From: Paramoeba atlantica
Taxonomy: Eukaryota; Protista; Discosea
Length of the DNA stretch: 64,000 nucleotides
Direction of reading: 5' to 3'
Assembly (NCBI GenBank): GCA_977017575.1
Contig: CDRNVI010000026.1
Coordinates: forward strand, 496,001 to 560,000
Below are positions 1-9,834 of the stretch, piece by piece. Every line of letters starts with the position of its first letter. Positions within the stretch are counted from its first letter, which is position 1. Below the pieces are notes generated by a model. That model did not search any database and was not told the origin of the DNA. It saw only the letters and a program-made list of their open reading frames with translations. The translations under genes and the position numbers were made by a program.

Positions 1-665
1 GCCGAACTTGGCCCGAAGAAACTGTGTTACTTGCATTGTTGTCACTGGAGCCACCTTTTGCCGCGGGCGAAGGTGACGAATATAATCGTAAATCTCTTGT
101 AAATACTTTCCCTCGATCACTACGAAGCTGTCTGGGCGGTAAGGCTGATTTTTGTCGTTTTGGTTTTGCGCCCCCAGTAAATGACTATTCTGGTCGGAGT
201 TAACAGTATGAAATCTTGTCTTGTTAGGTTCGCCACTTCTCCAATTCGTGAAGCTGTTTTGTATGCGATTTTTACGACCGCAGCCACATCGAAGGGCACG
301 GTCCGAACAGCGAGTTCGAGATTCCAAGGTGATATTGGCTCCGCTTGATGTATTGGTTCTGCTGCCCCTTGTCTCGTTAAGACCTTTGCGTACATCTCGG
401 CTCTGTGAGGTTTTGCATCGATCTCCTTCAAAACTGACATTAAATGGCTTAAGTACGTTCTTTTTGTTTGTATCGACACATCCAGGGATCTGATATAAGA
501 GACGATACCCTCGTCGTTTAAGGCATAATTTTTTGTGCTCAGGCCCCTTAGCAGACGTATCCTTGTCTCCCATGTTCTGGGTGTCCAACAATTTTTTAAA
601 TCATCGCGTGTCGTTTCGCTCTTTGCCTTCAAGACGTGCTTCAGAAAATAGTCTGCCTTTTTGTC
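1..665 (-). pseudogene. Tyrosine recombinase (YR), frameshifted
   Basis: ORF 120-632 carries YKTASRIGEV. A one-base shift at the T5 run (149-153) restores KNQPYRPDSFVVIEGKYLQEIYDYIRHL..., which stays open to the window edge. Confidence 0.75.
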
Positions 666-1094
666 TCATGATTCCGTCATTGCTGGAATTAATACGTTCA
701 GATGATCTACTTGCGATACTTTCGTTCGGACAAGCGTTGAATAAGATGGCCGGAATCTTCGAGCTACAGGAGCGCAACTGTTGACCTGTGACGTTTTGAT
801 AATTTCCGTGGTTTTTTTCTTTTTCTGTTCTCTCAGAGACATATTTTCCGTATGTTGCGCTGTTTCCCGTTTTGTGATTTCTATTTGCTGGACGTGGTTT
901 GCCGATGTTATTAGATGTGCATTGTTTGTTCGCGTTGCTGGACACGTTTCCTGGGGGAGAGTCATATAATCGGCTTGTTTTAGTAATTGATAAGTTTGGG
1001 GAAGGAGCGTATAACTTACTGGTTGTAATTGACGTACTCGTTTTGCTGTATGGTTTGAAAACTGGCTTTCTGCCGGGAGGCGGACTGTAGCTAG

Positions 1095-2018
1095 TCATCT
1101 TGTTGCGCCAGGCCCCCCTGTGGAAAAATCCTGACCACCACGGTAGCGTACTCCAGGTCTCCCTCGTGAGTATGATCTACCATGTCCACCTGCGAATCCC
1201 CGAGAATAAGCACGTGAATAAGAAGGGAAATAATTTGACTGAGTATTAGGGTATTGTGACCTGAAACTGTACCGATAAGGAGCTTGAGCTCTGTTGTAAT
1301 CAATACTCCGGCGCAACATAGTACCCAAACTATCGTTTGGCTCACAAGAATTCGAATACTGTGTAACGATGTACTGGGAGTCACCTCCTCTCATAATGGC
1401 AAGTTTCATGCGCAACATATCAAGAACGTGTTGTCCTTGTTGCGCATGCGCTGGGTACATGTGGGCATCAATGCCTCCACGTGCAAATGCGTCTCGAAGA
1501 AAATACATTAAATCATCCCATGCCTCCAACACTGATTGTGGCATGCTCACAAGCACATGCAATTCCGAGCGAATTCGCTGGACCAGGATCTCTAGTGCGA
1601 ACTTGTTGTCCGAAGAGAAATATACATTATAAGTCTTAATGTCATAAATTTTGAACTGGAGTTCCTTGACATCATTCTCTGGTCCATCCCCCCCACACTT
1701 CATGAGTTCAATGCGTTTGTATTTTACTCCTGCATTTGGAATTGAGTAGACACAGTCATTCCGAAATATCACGTCCAGCTTAACCCTACCTTGTTCATCC
1801 AATACTGCGCGCGGTGAACCAATCCATGTTGCGTCACGTTCCGGGACAAAAGTTTCGCTGTACCAGGTGACCTTGATCTCACAATCACGTACTTCTAAAG
1901 CGGCAGCGATTTCGTTTATTTTGTCTCCCAGTTCGTGGTCTGTCATCGTGGAAGCTCCGTAAAGGGCAGGATCGATTGCAATTGAGGTCGTGACTGTGGT
2001 TGAGTATTGCTCCGTCAC
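1095..2018 (-). CDS. Gag-like ORF1 of the YR retroelement
   Basis: 307-aa ORF with an RG/SR-rich C-terminus, directly upstream of the YR in the same orientation. Assigned by position. Confidence 0.55.
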   Translation of the reverse strand: MTEQYSTTVTTSIAIDPALYGASTMTDHELGDKINEIAAALEVRDCEIKVTWYSETFVPERDATWIGSPRAVLDEQGRVKLDVIFRNDCVYSIPNAGVKYKRIELMKCGGDGPENDVKELQFKIYDIKTYNVYFSSDNKFALEILVQRIRSELHVLVSMPQSVLEAWDDLMYFLRDAFARGGIDAHMYPAHAQQGQHVLDMLRMKLAIMRGGDSQYIVTQYSNSCEPNDSLGTMLRRSIDYNRAQAPYRYSFRSQYPNTQSNYFPSYSRAYSRGFAGGHGRSYSRGRPGVRYRGGQDFSTGGPGATR

Positions 2019-2332
2019 CTTAAATGTTTCACTTAATTAAAGGAAACTGATAACTTTAATGTATTCTGACTTCCTGCTCCCTTAATAATACGTGTACGAC
2101 CTTTCTTATCTTCTTTCTTTCCTTCTGCAAGTGGGTGGAGTTGGGGGCGCTTAACGTGCCGCAGAAGGACCTCTTTTTCTTCTCCGCAAATCCTTCATAG
2201 ATTTAATATGTTGAAATTCTTCGGCAGATAGTAAAGAATTTTTGATCAGAGATTGAGCGCGGTAAACCTACCAACGTCAAGCCCACGTTTGCTTAGTTTG
2301 GCCACTAATGGTGGTGCAAATGTCTTCGAACT

Positions 2333-4161
2333 TTACACGCCATGGCACTGTGGGCATAGATTCTTCCCAACAGGGACACAATTTTCAGCACAATGCTGGC
2401 AGGCTTCTAAAAATAATCTTGATTTGTCTCCTCGTGAGTAGCAATCCAGACAGGAAGAATTGTTGAGAACGCTGAACAACGTCTCTCTGTCGCAAACGGG
2501 GCAATACTTTTTTATTGTGGCCATTTAGGCCAGTATACCGTAGTGGAAAATTAAACTTTATGAGAAATAATTTGTTTCGCACTTGATCAATGACCATTTG
2601 CTGTCTGATTACTCTTTTTGCAAAAAAGAAATTCAGTGTAACTGTCATAAATACCTGCAATCTTGGCAGTCACTGGAAGTCACAGGAGTCCACATCCGAC
2701 CTTCAGATAAGCTGTTTTGCCGACTTTCCACTGCAAAAATCATGAGGCCTCTGTGCATACCTTTGTTCTACTTTAGATTTTGCACTACTCCTGATGAGAC
2801 AGCACGACGCCGAAGCGCATCCTAGCTGTAAAATATCAATCCAGCATTCTTTACAAATCAGGAACCCAATTGCTCTAGAATTGCTTTGATTTCTTATGGT
2901 TCAAATGTAGAACCTTTCAAAGGGTACTTTTGCATCAGCGTCCGAAATGCTCCGAGCAAGATGTTGTCTCCTTTTTTTGTTTCAGTTGCATCGCCACGGC
3001 ATGCGTAATTTGCGCATCCGTCGGTGTACTGCTTATAGGGCTATGGTCCGTTACAAAAGATATGCGACCTCACCGCGAGGATCGCGATGTATCTGAAGCC
3101 ACGTAAGCGAACTTATCGGAATTCACTTCTTGGGTGACCATACTGTTGACGGCTTTTTCACCCTCTCAGGATACAGATCTATTCCAAAGATACGAGCCAA
3201 CATCTCTACAATGTTGTTGGGTAACAATGTTGATTCTTCCTTCCTCTTTCAGTTGATCATAAACGTGGTTATGCTCACGAAGGAAGTTTATTCAGGTGTT
3301 CATGGTCTCTAGTTTCACCCCGAATATGTCACTCAGCTGTGCAGAACATAGTCTTTGACTACGGTTTGTTCACCGTTCGTTGGCTATCCAAACAATTTGG
3401 ATATTCTTAACCGCGCCCTCGAGATCAGGAACTCATTCGAGTTGCAAGAGCTCAAGGGTTTCATGCGCCGTAGCCGTTACGTATCCAGCGAACTTCGTGT
3501 CTGGCCTTAAGGATGTAGCGTATGCGCCGCCTTCTTATGCACACTGATGATTGTACAGTGTAAAAACATCTTTTGAAGAAGAATCTCTTCTAACAGCGTG
3601 GGTGCTGAAAGGTGATTTGGTGAAAGTTGTTCAACTGGACGGTAGGGTATTCTCCCTTTTTCGTCCATTATTCTTTGGTCCTTTGCGCAGTGTTGGGCAA
3701 CGGGATTCGGAAGTTCACTTTCGAGAAGAAAGAAAACTTTACAAGAATCACAACTTGTGATACGTTGATCATCGTTCATTCTCTTTTTGTACCCTTTCTT
3801 GACTTTGTACTCTTCTTGAGCTTCCGTACTGACCGAAAAATCTTCCAAAGGTAGACGATCAATGTAGGAAGCTTCATAGTTGCATGAAGTTTCACAGATC
3901 CACGTAGATGAGAATCTTGCCTGTGCGACCTCAATAGGTGTTATAGTGCGAGTTGTAGTTGTGCGCAATCATCCAGTTATACGCATCTTGCCCTTGTGGA
4001 ACGTAATTTAGATTTCGCCAAGGATGAACACAAGCAAATCGATCACAATCCCCACAAAACCGCCGCGAAACCTGTGCATTTTGTTCAACCCATGGCTTCA
4101 ACCCATCTGGGGTTTCGGCATCTTGGTCACCTCTGCGTTCATTATACGCCTGCGCTTCCAT
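2333..4161 (-). pseudogene. Degenerate coding region with CxxC motifs, function unknown
   Basis: ORFs 3931-4161, 3507-3968 and 2333-2524 contain CxxC pairs. The intervening sequence reads as protein-like segments that switch between frames. Confidence 0.35.
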
Positions 4162-4657
4162 AAGAGCAATGAACCGACGAAATAACGCGTCCTAAGCGCT
4201 ATTCTCCATAGAGCAAAACGTTGTAGCGTAAAAAGATTTCGGTTAATAGGAACTCAGAATGTGCCCTAAAAAAAGAAATTTTTGATGTCCTTTTTTGGGA
4301 AAGAAAGTCATAAGATGTGTTTTTTTAGTTTTTTTTAGAACGTTTACTCATACTCATAGGCCTTTTTCCTTATTATAGAGAAACAACCAGGGACATTGTG
4401 ACTCTGAATACCCGTGTAATTAATCGAAATTTTAATCAAAAAGGTATAGAGTCTACCCACAGGCGGTAAAGATACAGTATTTTTTACAGCTTTTATGACA
4501 TTTCGACTGAAGTGTATTCAATCGCAATTGAATACAACACTGTATGTATATTAGTCAACAGTAGAGCAATCACTACAATATCTACTAGACCTTCCTTCGT
4601 CGTGTATTGGCATAGATTTCGACGTCATCAATTTACACCTTACATACACGCACGTTC

Positions 4658-7600
4658 ATGAATTCACAGCGCGGCGTAGTACCATTGTGTGGATCGTCTG
4701 TGTCCGTCGAAGGTGGAAGTACCAGTGTAAGACACAAAGGTCGGCGAGCACAATTTTCTCCTAAAAGGAAGCCTTTATCGGCACCCTTCTTAAACAATGG
4801 TGTACCTATAGCATCTGTGCATTTTATGTATCTGCGACAAAAGCAACTTACGTCTTTTGACCCCTATGTCGTGCTCAAGCACGTAACAATGCTTGATCTC
4901 TCCATGAACTATTTGTCCACGATGAATTTTTTATCGCTCTTTCCAAATCTGCGCCACTTGTTCATGACTGGAAACAAACTAGAAGACCTTTCAAATCTCG
5001 ATGCAGTACCCGACCTAGAAACCCTGGCCGTTTCCTCGAATCGGATAAAAACTTTCGAGGGGTTAGGGGACCTCAAACAACTAAAACTACTCTCCTTGAA
5101 TTACAATGAGATATCCTCCCTTCAAGGATTTCCTTTTCTTCCGTCCTTACAAGCGGTAAACATAAAAGGGAACCCGATTGATGAGTGGCAGGATATACGA
5201 CGGATCCTTCTTGCGCTCAGTCCCGTGAGTTTGGTACAAATTAACGGAAGAGAAGTCACACCCACAGAAAAAACCGAAGCCACGGCTTACCACGGAAGTA
5301 TCGCCTATGCTCTCTCAGAAGGGTTTATCCCACCCTCTCCCCTTACCCCTACTCCTCCCGCACACGCCCCAATACACGCCTTCCTCTCCCATCTCCAAAA
5401 ACAACGTGCCCTCTCCGCGGGGCACCCCCCCTTCCTCATCCCCCACACCCTCGAGGTCCGCCCCCCCTCTGACCCGCTCCTCTCCCACGAGGGTACCCCC
5501 CTGACCCTCCAGGTGTGTCTCCAGGACACCCGCCCCGCACGTGAGACCCCCCCCTTCGAGTCCCACGTGCTCTCCCCCGTGGTGTTCCAAGTAACGGGGA
5601 ACGCCCAGCGCGTGGAACTCACGGGCTCGTTCGTCACCGGGGGACGTAACACCAGCAGCCCTGGGGATACGAATCAACCCACACGACTGGAGCTCTACCG
5701 TGAGAGTCACTGTCCCCACGGGGTCGAGACGGGGGGGGGAGAGCCACAACCGGGGAAGGCAGAAGAAGAGAACGAAGAGGGCGTCGCCTTCTCCACCCGG
5801 CTGTACCTCCCCCCCGGGTCCTACGCGTACCAGTACGTGGTGGATGGGGAGACGCGGGTGTCCGAGGCGGCCCCGACGGGGGTGGGTGCAGGCGCCCAGG
5901 GGGTGTGTAACCTTTGTGAGGTGTCGGTGAGTGCCCCCGCACGAGAGACCCAGTCCTTGCTGCATGTACGGTGGCTGCGGAGCACGGAGGGGGGTGTTGG
6001 GGGGTTTGAGGTGATTCCCAATGCAAAGGAACTGACGTATGTGCCCACTGCGGGGGATGTGGGGCATTTTTTGCGTGCGGAGGTTTTGGTGTATGATGAA
6101 GGGGAGTTTCAGTTTCCGTTGTTTGCGATTACGCCGAATATTGAGCCTGGGCTTCCGCTTTGCGCCCACATGGAGCTGAGTGGACGTTGTGTGGAGGGGG
6201 CGTCGTTGGTGCTGGATGTGGAGTATGCCGGTGGGGAGGAGGGCCCGAGTGAGACACGGTGGTTCCGTGTTGTGGATCACGACGAAGAGGTGCCGCTGGA
6301 TACGAATTCCCGTGCGTATGTTCTCTCCCCCTCGGACGTCGCCCACCGTATCAAGGCGGAGTACCTCCCGGTACGCCAGGACGGGGAGCGTGGGACCCCT
6401 GCGAGTCGGTACAGCGACGTCATCCTCCCCCGTCCCTGCGTCACGGGACTTGGTCCCATCACCGGGGAGGGGGTAGAGGGCGCCACACTCACGGTGGAGT
6501 GTGACAACCCCACGGCACTCCAACAAAAATGTCACCTCCAGTGGGGTCACTACGACCCTCGCTCCGGGGAATTCCACCCCCGTCCCGGCGCCCACGACCT
6601 GTCCTACCCCCTCACCCTTCCCGATGTCGGGGCTACCCTCGCGCTACAGTGTACCCTTAAAAACGCATCCCCCACCCGTCTAAGCCCCACCCCGGAGCTT
6701 CGCCTGCGCTCGGACCCGATCCGCGCCGCCCCCCCGACCATCGAGGACTTTCGGCTCACCGGGTCCCCCACCGAGGGCAGTGCCCTCCAGCTGCACTACA
6801 GCTACCGCGGAGGTAACCCCGGGGCCCACCAGCTCGTGTGGTTCCGTGAGTCCACGGGGGGGGACGCGGGAGGGGGGGTACGGCAGGTCGTGGAGGAGAC
6901 GACCCATGGCAAGGGGAGGGGGAGTAGGGGGAGTACCCGTAGGGGGAGTAGGGGGAGTACGGCTACGGGTACTAACACTACAAGTACTACGGGTATGAGT
7001 GCTACGGGTACGGCTACTCCGGGTATGAGTACTACGGGTACGAGTCCTACGGGTACGGCTACTCCGGGTACGAGTGCTACGGGTACGAGTACTATGGGTA
7101 CCTGTGGCTTGGCTGCGCCCCTGTGCCTACGTCGTGTGCTCACGACCGGGGATGTGGGGTACCGTATGGGTGCGATGCTCACACCTGTACGTAGTGACGG
7201 GGTACACGGGGCTACGGTGGAGGTGGTGGGGGGGTGTGCGGTGGGGGCAAGGGGGCCGCAGGTGGGGGGACCGATGAGGGTACGATGGGAGAGGGGAGGG
7301 GAGGGGGTGACTATAGGGGTAGTGGAGTACACGTATGTTGGGGGGAAGGAGGGGGAGAGTCATGTGGAGTGGTATAAAGTGGAGGAGGGGGAGGGAGAAG
7401 AGGGGGAGGGGAGGCTGATTCAGGATGGGGGGAGGGAGTGCGTGGTGGATGGGAGTGAGGTGGGGGAGGGAGAGTTGATTCGGGTGGTGGTGACTCCGGT
7501 GCGGAGTGATGGGTTACGTGGGCCCTCGCGTGTGGTGGAGAGTCGGGTGTCATGGGATGCGGGTGATGGAGGTGAAGAGCTTGGAATGAAAACCGAGATA

Positions 7601-8005
7601 GACCCGAGCATCTCCATAATCCAGGGTGGCGACGAGGCAAACACTGAGGAACTTAACCCTAATGTGGATGAAGTGGAATATCCTCGTGAACTTGAGACCG
7701 ATGGGAATAGGTCATTGAGTGACAGGGGTCAAGATCCTGCGACGACCGTCGAGGTGCAGCCAAACACTCCCGTACTCCATGGCGACGAGGAGGAGGACGT
7801 TGAGGAGACCACTTGTGTGGATCTGTCGGAACGTCCTCATGAACTTGAATCCGATGGGGATCGGTCATTGGAGAGCTCTTCTACAAAAGAGGAAGTCACA
7901 GCCACAGCAATGCAAGTGGCAGTTGAAGGAAACGGTTTGGACGATCTGCCAGATGTTTCCGAAGTTTCCAGCTTGCAGGATGAGGTTGAACCTTACATAC
8001 AATAG
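4658..8005 (+). CDS. AIR9: AIR9-like cytoskeletal protein (LRRs, CBM-like module, five A9/Ig-like domains)
   Basis: N-terminal LRRs (LRHLFMTGNKLEDL...) and A9 repeats (EYAGGEEGPSETRWFR...PVRQDGERG; YTYVGGKEGESHVEWYK...TPVRSDGLRG). Confidence 0.85.
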   Translation: MNSQRGVVPLCGSSVSVEGGSTSVRHKGRRAQFSPKRKPLSAPFLNNGVPIASVHFMYLRQKQLTSFDPYVVLKHVTMLDLSMNYLSTMNFLSLFPNLRHLFMTGNKLEDLSNLDAVPDLETLAVSSNRIKTFEGLGDLKQLKLLSLNYNEISSLQGFPFLPSLQAVNIKGNPIDEWQDIRRILLALSPVSLVQINGREVTPTEKTEATAYHGSIAYALSEGFIPPSPLTPTPPAHAPIHAFLSHLQKQRALSAGHPPFLIPHTLEVRPPSDPLLSHEGTPLTLQVCLQDTRPARETPPFESHVLSPVVFQVTGNAQRVELTGSFVTGGRNTSSPGDTNQPTRLELYRESHCPHGVETGGGEPQPGKAEEENEEGVAFSTRLYLPPGSYAYQYVVDGETRVSEAAPTGVGAGAQGVCNLCEVSVSAPARETQSLLHVRWLRSTEGGVGGFEVIPNAKELTYVPTAGDVGHFLRAEVLVYDEGEFQFPLFAITPNIEPGLPLCAHMELSGRCVEGASLVLDVEYAGGEEGPSETRWFRVVDHDEEVPLDTNSRAYVLSPSDVAHRIKAEYLPVRQDGERGTPASRYSDVILPRPCVTGLGPITGEGVEGATLTVECDNPTALQQKCHLQWGHYDPRSGEFHPRPGAHDLSYPLTLPDVGATLALQCTLKNASPTRLSPTPELRLRSDPIRAAPPTIEDFRLTGSPTEGSALQLHYSYRGGNPGAHQLVWFRESTGGDAGGGVRQVVEETTHGKGRGSRGSTRRGSRGSTATGTNTTSTTGMSATGTATPGMSTTGTSPTGTATPGTSATGTSTMGTCGLAAPLCLRRVLTTGDVGYRMGAMLTPVRSDGVHGATVEVVGGCAVGARGPQVGGPMRVRWERGGEGVTIGVVEYTYVGGKEGESHVEWYKVEEGEGEEGEGRLIQDGGRECVVDGSEVGEGELIRVVVTPVRSDGLRGPSRVVESRVSWDAGDGGEELGMKTEIDPSISIIQGGDEANTEELNPNVDEVEYPRELETDGNRSLSDRGQDPATTVEVQPNTPVLHGDEEEDVEETTCVDLSERPHELESDGDRSLESSSTKEEVTATAMQVAVEGNGLDDLPDVSEVSSLQDEVEPYIQ

Positions 8006-8515
8006 GGTCAATTAAGGTCGCTAGTTTATCCTAATGCATTATTCCGTCATTTCATTCTCTATTTTTAGGCGGGTTGTACTTAGTGGTGGACCACCAGATC
8101 ATATTTAGAACATAAGATTGCTCACTAGAATTCGAAATATCATCCTACCTTGAATTAAAATAGAAAACATTAGAGGATTACATTTATTTGGAGAGAATGG
8201 CATGAAGGTCGAAGGGCGTCTGTCTATATTTTTTTTCTTGAAAACAAAGTACTACAAAGTGAATGTAAAAATAAATTAGATCAATCTAGCTGTGTATGTT
8301 TGCAGTGTATGGAATTCGTTCCTTGCTTTGTTGATTCTAACACGTGCACTAGCGTTATTGCACAATACTTCTCACACATTATTGCACATCGTTTGGTCTA
8401 TACGTTTAGTGTCTATACATTGAATGTCTGTACATAGAGTACCAGCATTCTTATGATCTTCTTGCGCACTCTTACACATGTGTCCATGCACACGTAGTAT
8501 GTTCATGCAGTTATT

Positions 8516-9154
8516 ATGAAGTTAATTGGACTTGTTCTGTTAAGTAACCCAAGCGACAAGACTTCAGATCCTGTGGTCTGCGTATCCGCAGTAGATGTCA
8601 GTTCAGTAGGATACCTTCAACGTTCATCTGTGCGCGAACTCATCATATTTCTTTCACGAATGATCTCGAAATCACTCGCCGTGTTACTTGTCACAGGACA
8701 ACTTCATCAAGTCAAAGAAAAAGAATATTGTGTTCACGCTTTTCCTACACCAAATGGAATTACTGCGGTAGCAATTACAGATGAATCATATCCGGCAAAT
8801 AATATTCTTTCAATACTACAAGGACTCTCTTCGAAATTTTGGCATAAATATCAGGAAATGCTGCAAATGTACGATGTACCCTTTACTGATGAATTTGCAG
8901 CCCCTTTTTATGAAAACGAGTTGTGGGCCTTACTGAAAAAGCATGAAACTCCAGTGGATCCCGATTCTATCTTTCTAATTCGACAACAACTAGAAGAAAC
9001 TAAAGTTGTTTTACATCAAGCTGTTGATTCCCTTTTAGAACGCGGGACACATATTGATGAATTGGTATCTAAAAGCGCAGAACTTGGTTTTGCATCGAAA
9101 GCTTTTTACAAAACAGCGAAAAAAACGAATTCTTCTTGTTGTTCGATTACTTGA
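8516..9154 (+). CDS. YKT6: Longin R-SNARE Ykt6
   Basis: Longin domain, SNARE core LLERGTHIDELVSKSAEL...FYKTAKK, and C-terminal CCSIT prenylation motif. Confidence 0.95.
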   Translation: MKLIGLVLLSNPSDKTSDPVVCVSAVDVSSVGYLQRSSVRELIIFLSRMISKSLAVLLVTGQLHQVKEKEYCVHAFPTPNGITAVAITDESYPANNILSILQGLSSKFWHKYQEMLQMYDVPFTDEFAAPFYENELWALLKKHETPVDPDSIFLIRQQLEETKVVLHQAVDSLLERGTHIDELVSKSAELGFASKAFYKTAKKTNSSCCSIT

Positions 9155-9639
9155 GAATGACAAAACTATCCCCTTTTTTATTGAGTTCACTTTTGAATGG
9201 GGGCTTTCAATGAAAGATCATTTAATTCACAGACAGAGACAACTAAATTCCGAACCAAGAACACTTTTTTCCTTGCACTTCTTTCGCGTTTTATGAAGTT
9301 TTATTCAGCTTACTGTGACCCCCCCTTTAATACGGACAGATTTTTGGACTTTGTCCGTATTAAAGGGAGGGTGCCCATGGCGCAGAAAATGCCGCTATTT
9401 CTTACCCGATAAAATACAATATTAAAAATATCGCCCGTCCTTCTCGAGAAAGGCGAATTAAAGGAATCTCTGGAACATAAAGAAAAGAAGTCCCCTGGAG
9501 AATAATGCGGTGATGGGATGTTGAGGAGTGAAGGTCGGACAGGGGGGATGTCTGGGTTGGGTGACTGACGTGTAGGCATTTAAGTAGCAGAGCAATTAAA
9601 AGAAAAACATTATGAAGGATGATACAATGTAAAAGAGTT

Positions 9640-9834
9640 AATTGAGGGGCTGCGGGTGGCGAGGTTTCGTGAGGTTTCACCAAGGTTTCGCGAAGTTTCA
9701 CAAAGGGCTTAATCGAGGTTCCGAGGCTTCGTCCAGGTTTCACTGAGGTTTCATCCAGGTTTCACCGAAGTTTCATCCAAGTTTCACCGAGATTTCACGA
9801 GATTTCGCGAGGTTTCACCCGCAGCCCCTCAATT
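9640..9834. mobile_element. MITE with perfect terminal inverted repeats and internal ~11-bp repeats
   Basis: AATTGAGGGGCTGCGGGTG (9640-9658) and CACCCGCAGCCCCTCAATT (9816-9834) are exact reverse complements. The interior is (GAGGTTTCACC)-like repeats. Confidence 0.7.

Larger units (their letters stand above)
1..2018 (-). mobile_element. VIPER/DIRS-like tyrosine-recombinase retroelement (partial, decayed; runs off left edge)
   Basis: A gag-like ORF is followed by a tyrosine recombinase with the box-I motif AYKTASRIGEVANL. Gag-YR-(RT/RH) is the VIPER gene order. The element's 5' boundary was not located. Confidence 0.7.

Noticed and set aside
2875-4161. One reading frame in which nearly all stops are TGA, suggesting TGA=Trp recoding
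   Set aside because: Two TAA stops interrupt the frame. Many of the TGAs arise as NNT-GAN junctions of the overlapping open frame 3507-3968. Protein-like segments switch between frames. Host genes (YKT6, NOP53) terminate at TGA.
5305-7640. Antisense and alternative-frame Pro/Gly-rich ORFs over AIR9 (also over bL28m and TTI1)
   Set aside because: They are explained by the C-run/G-run composition, which depletes stop codons, and they show no recognisable domains.
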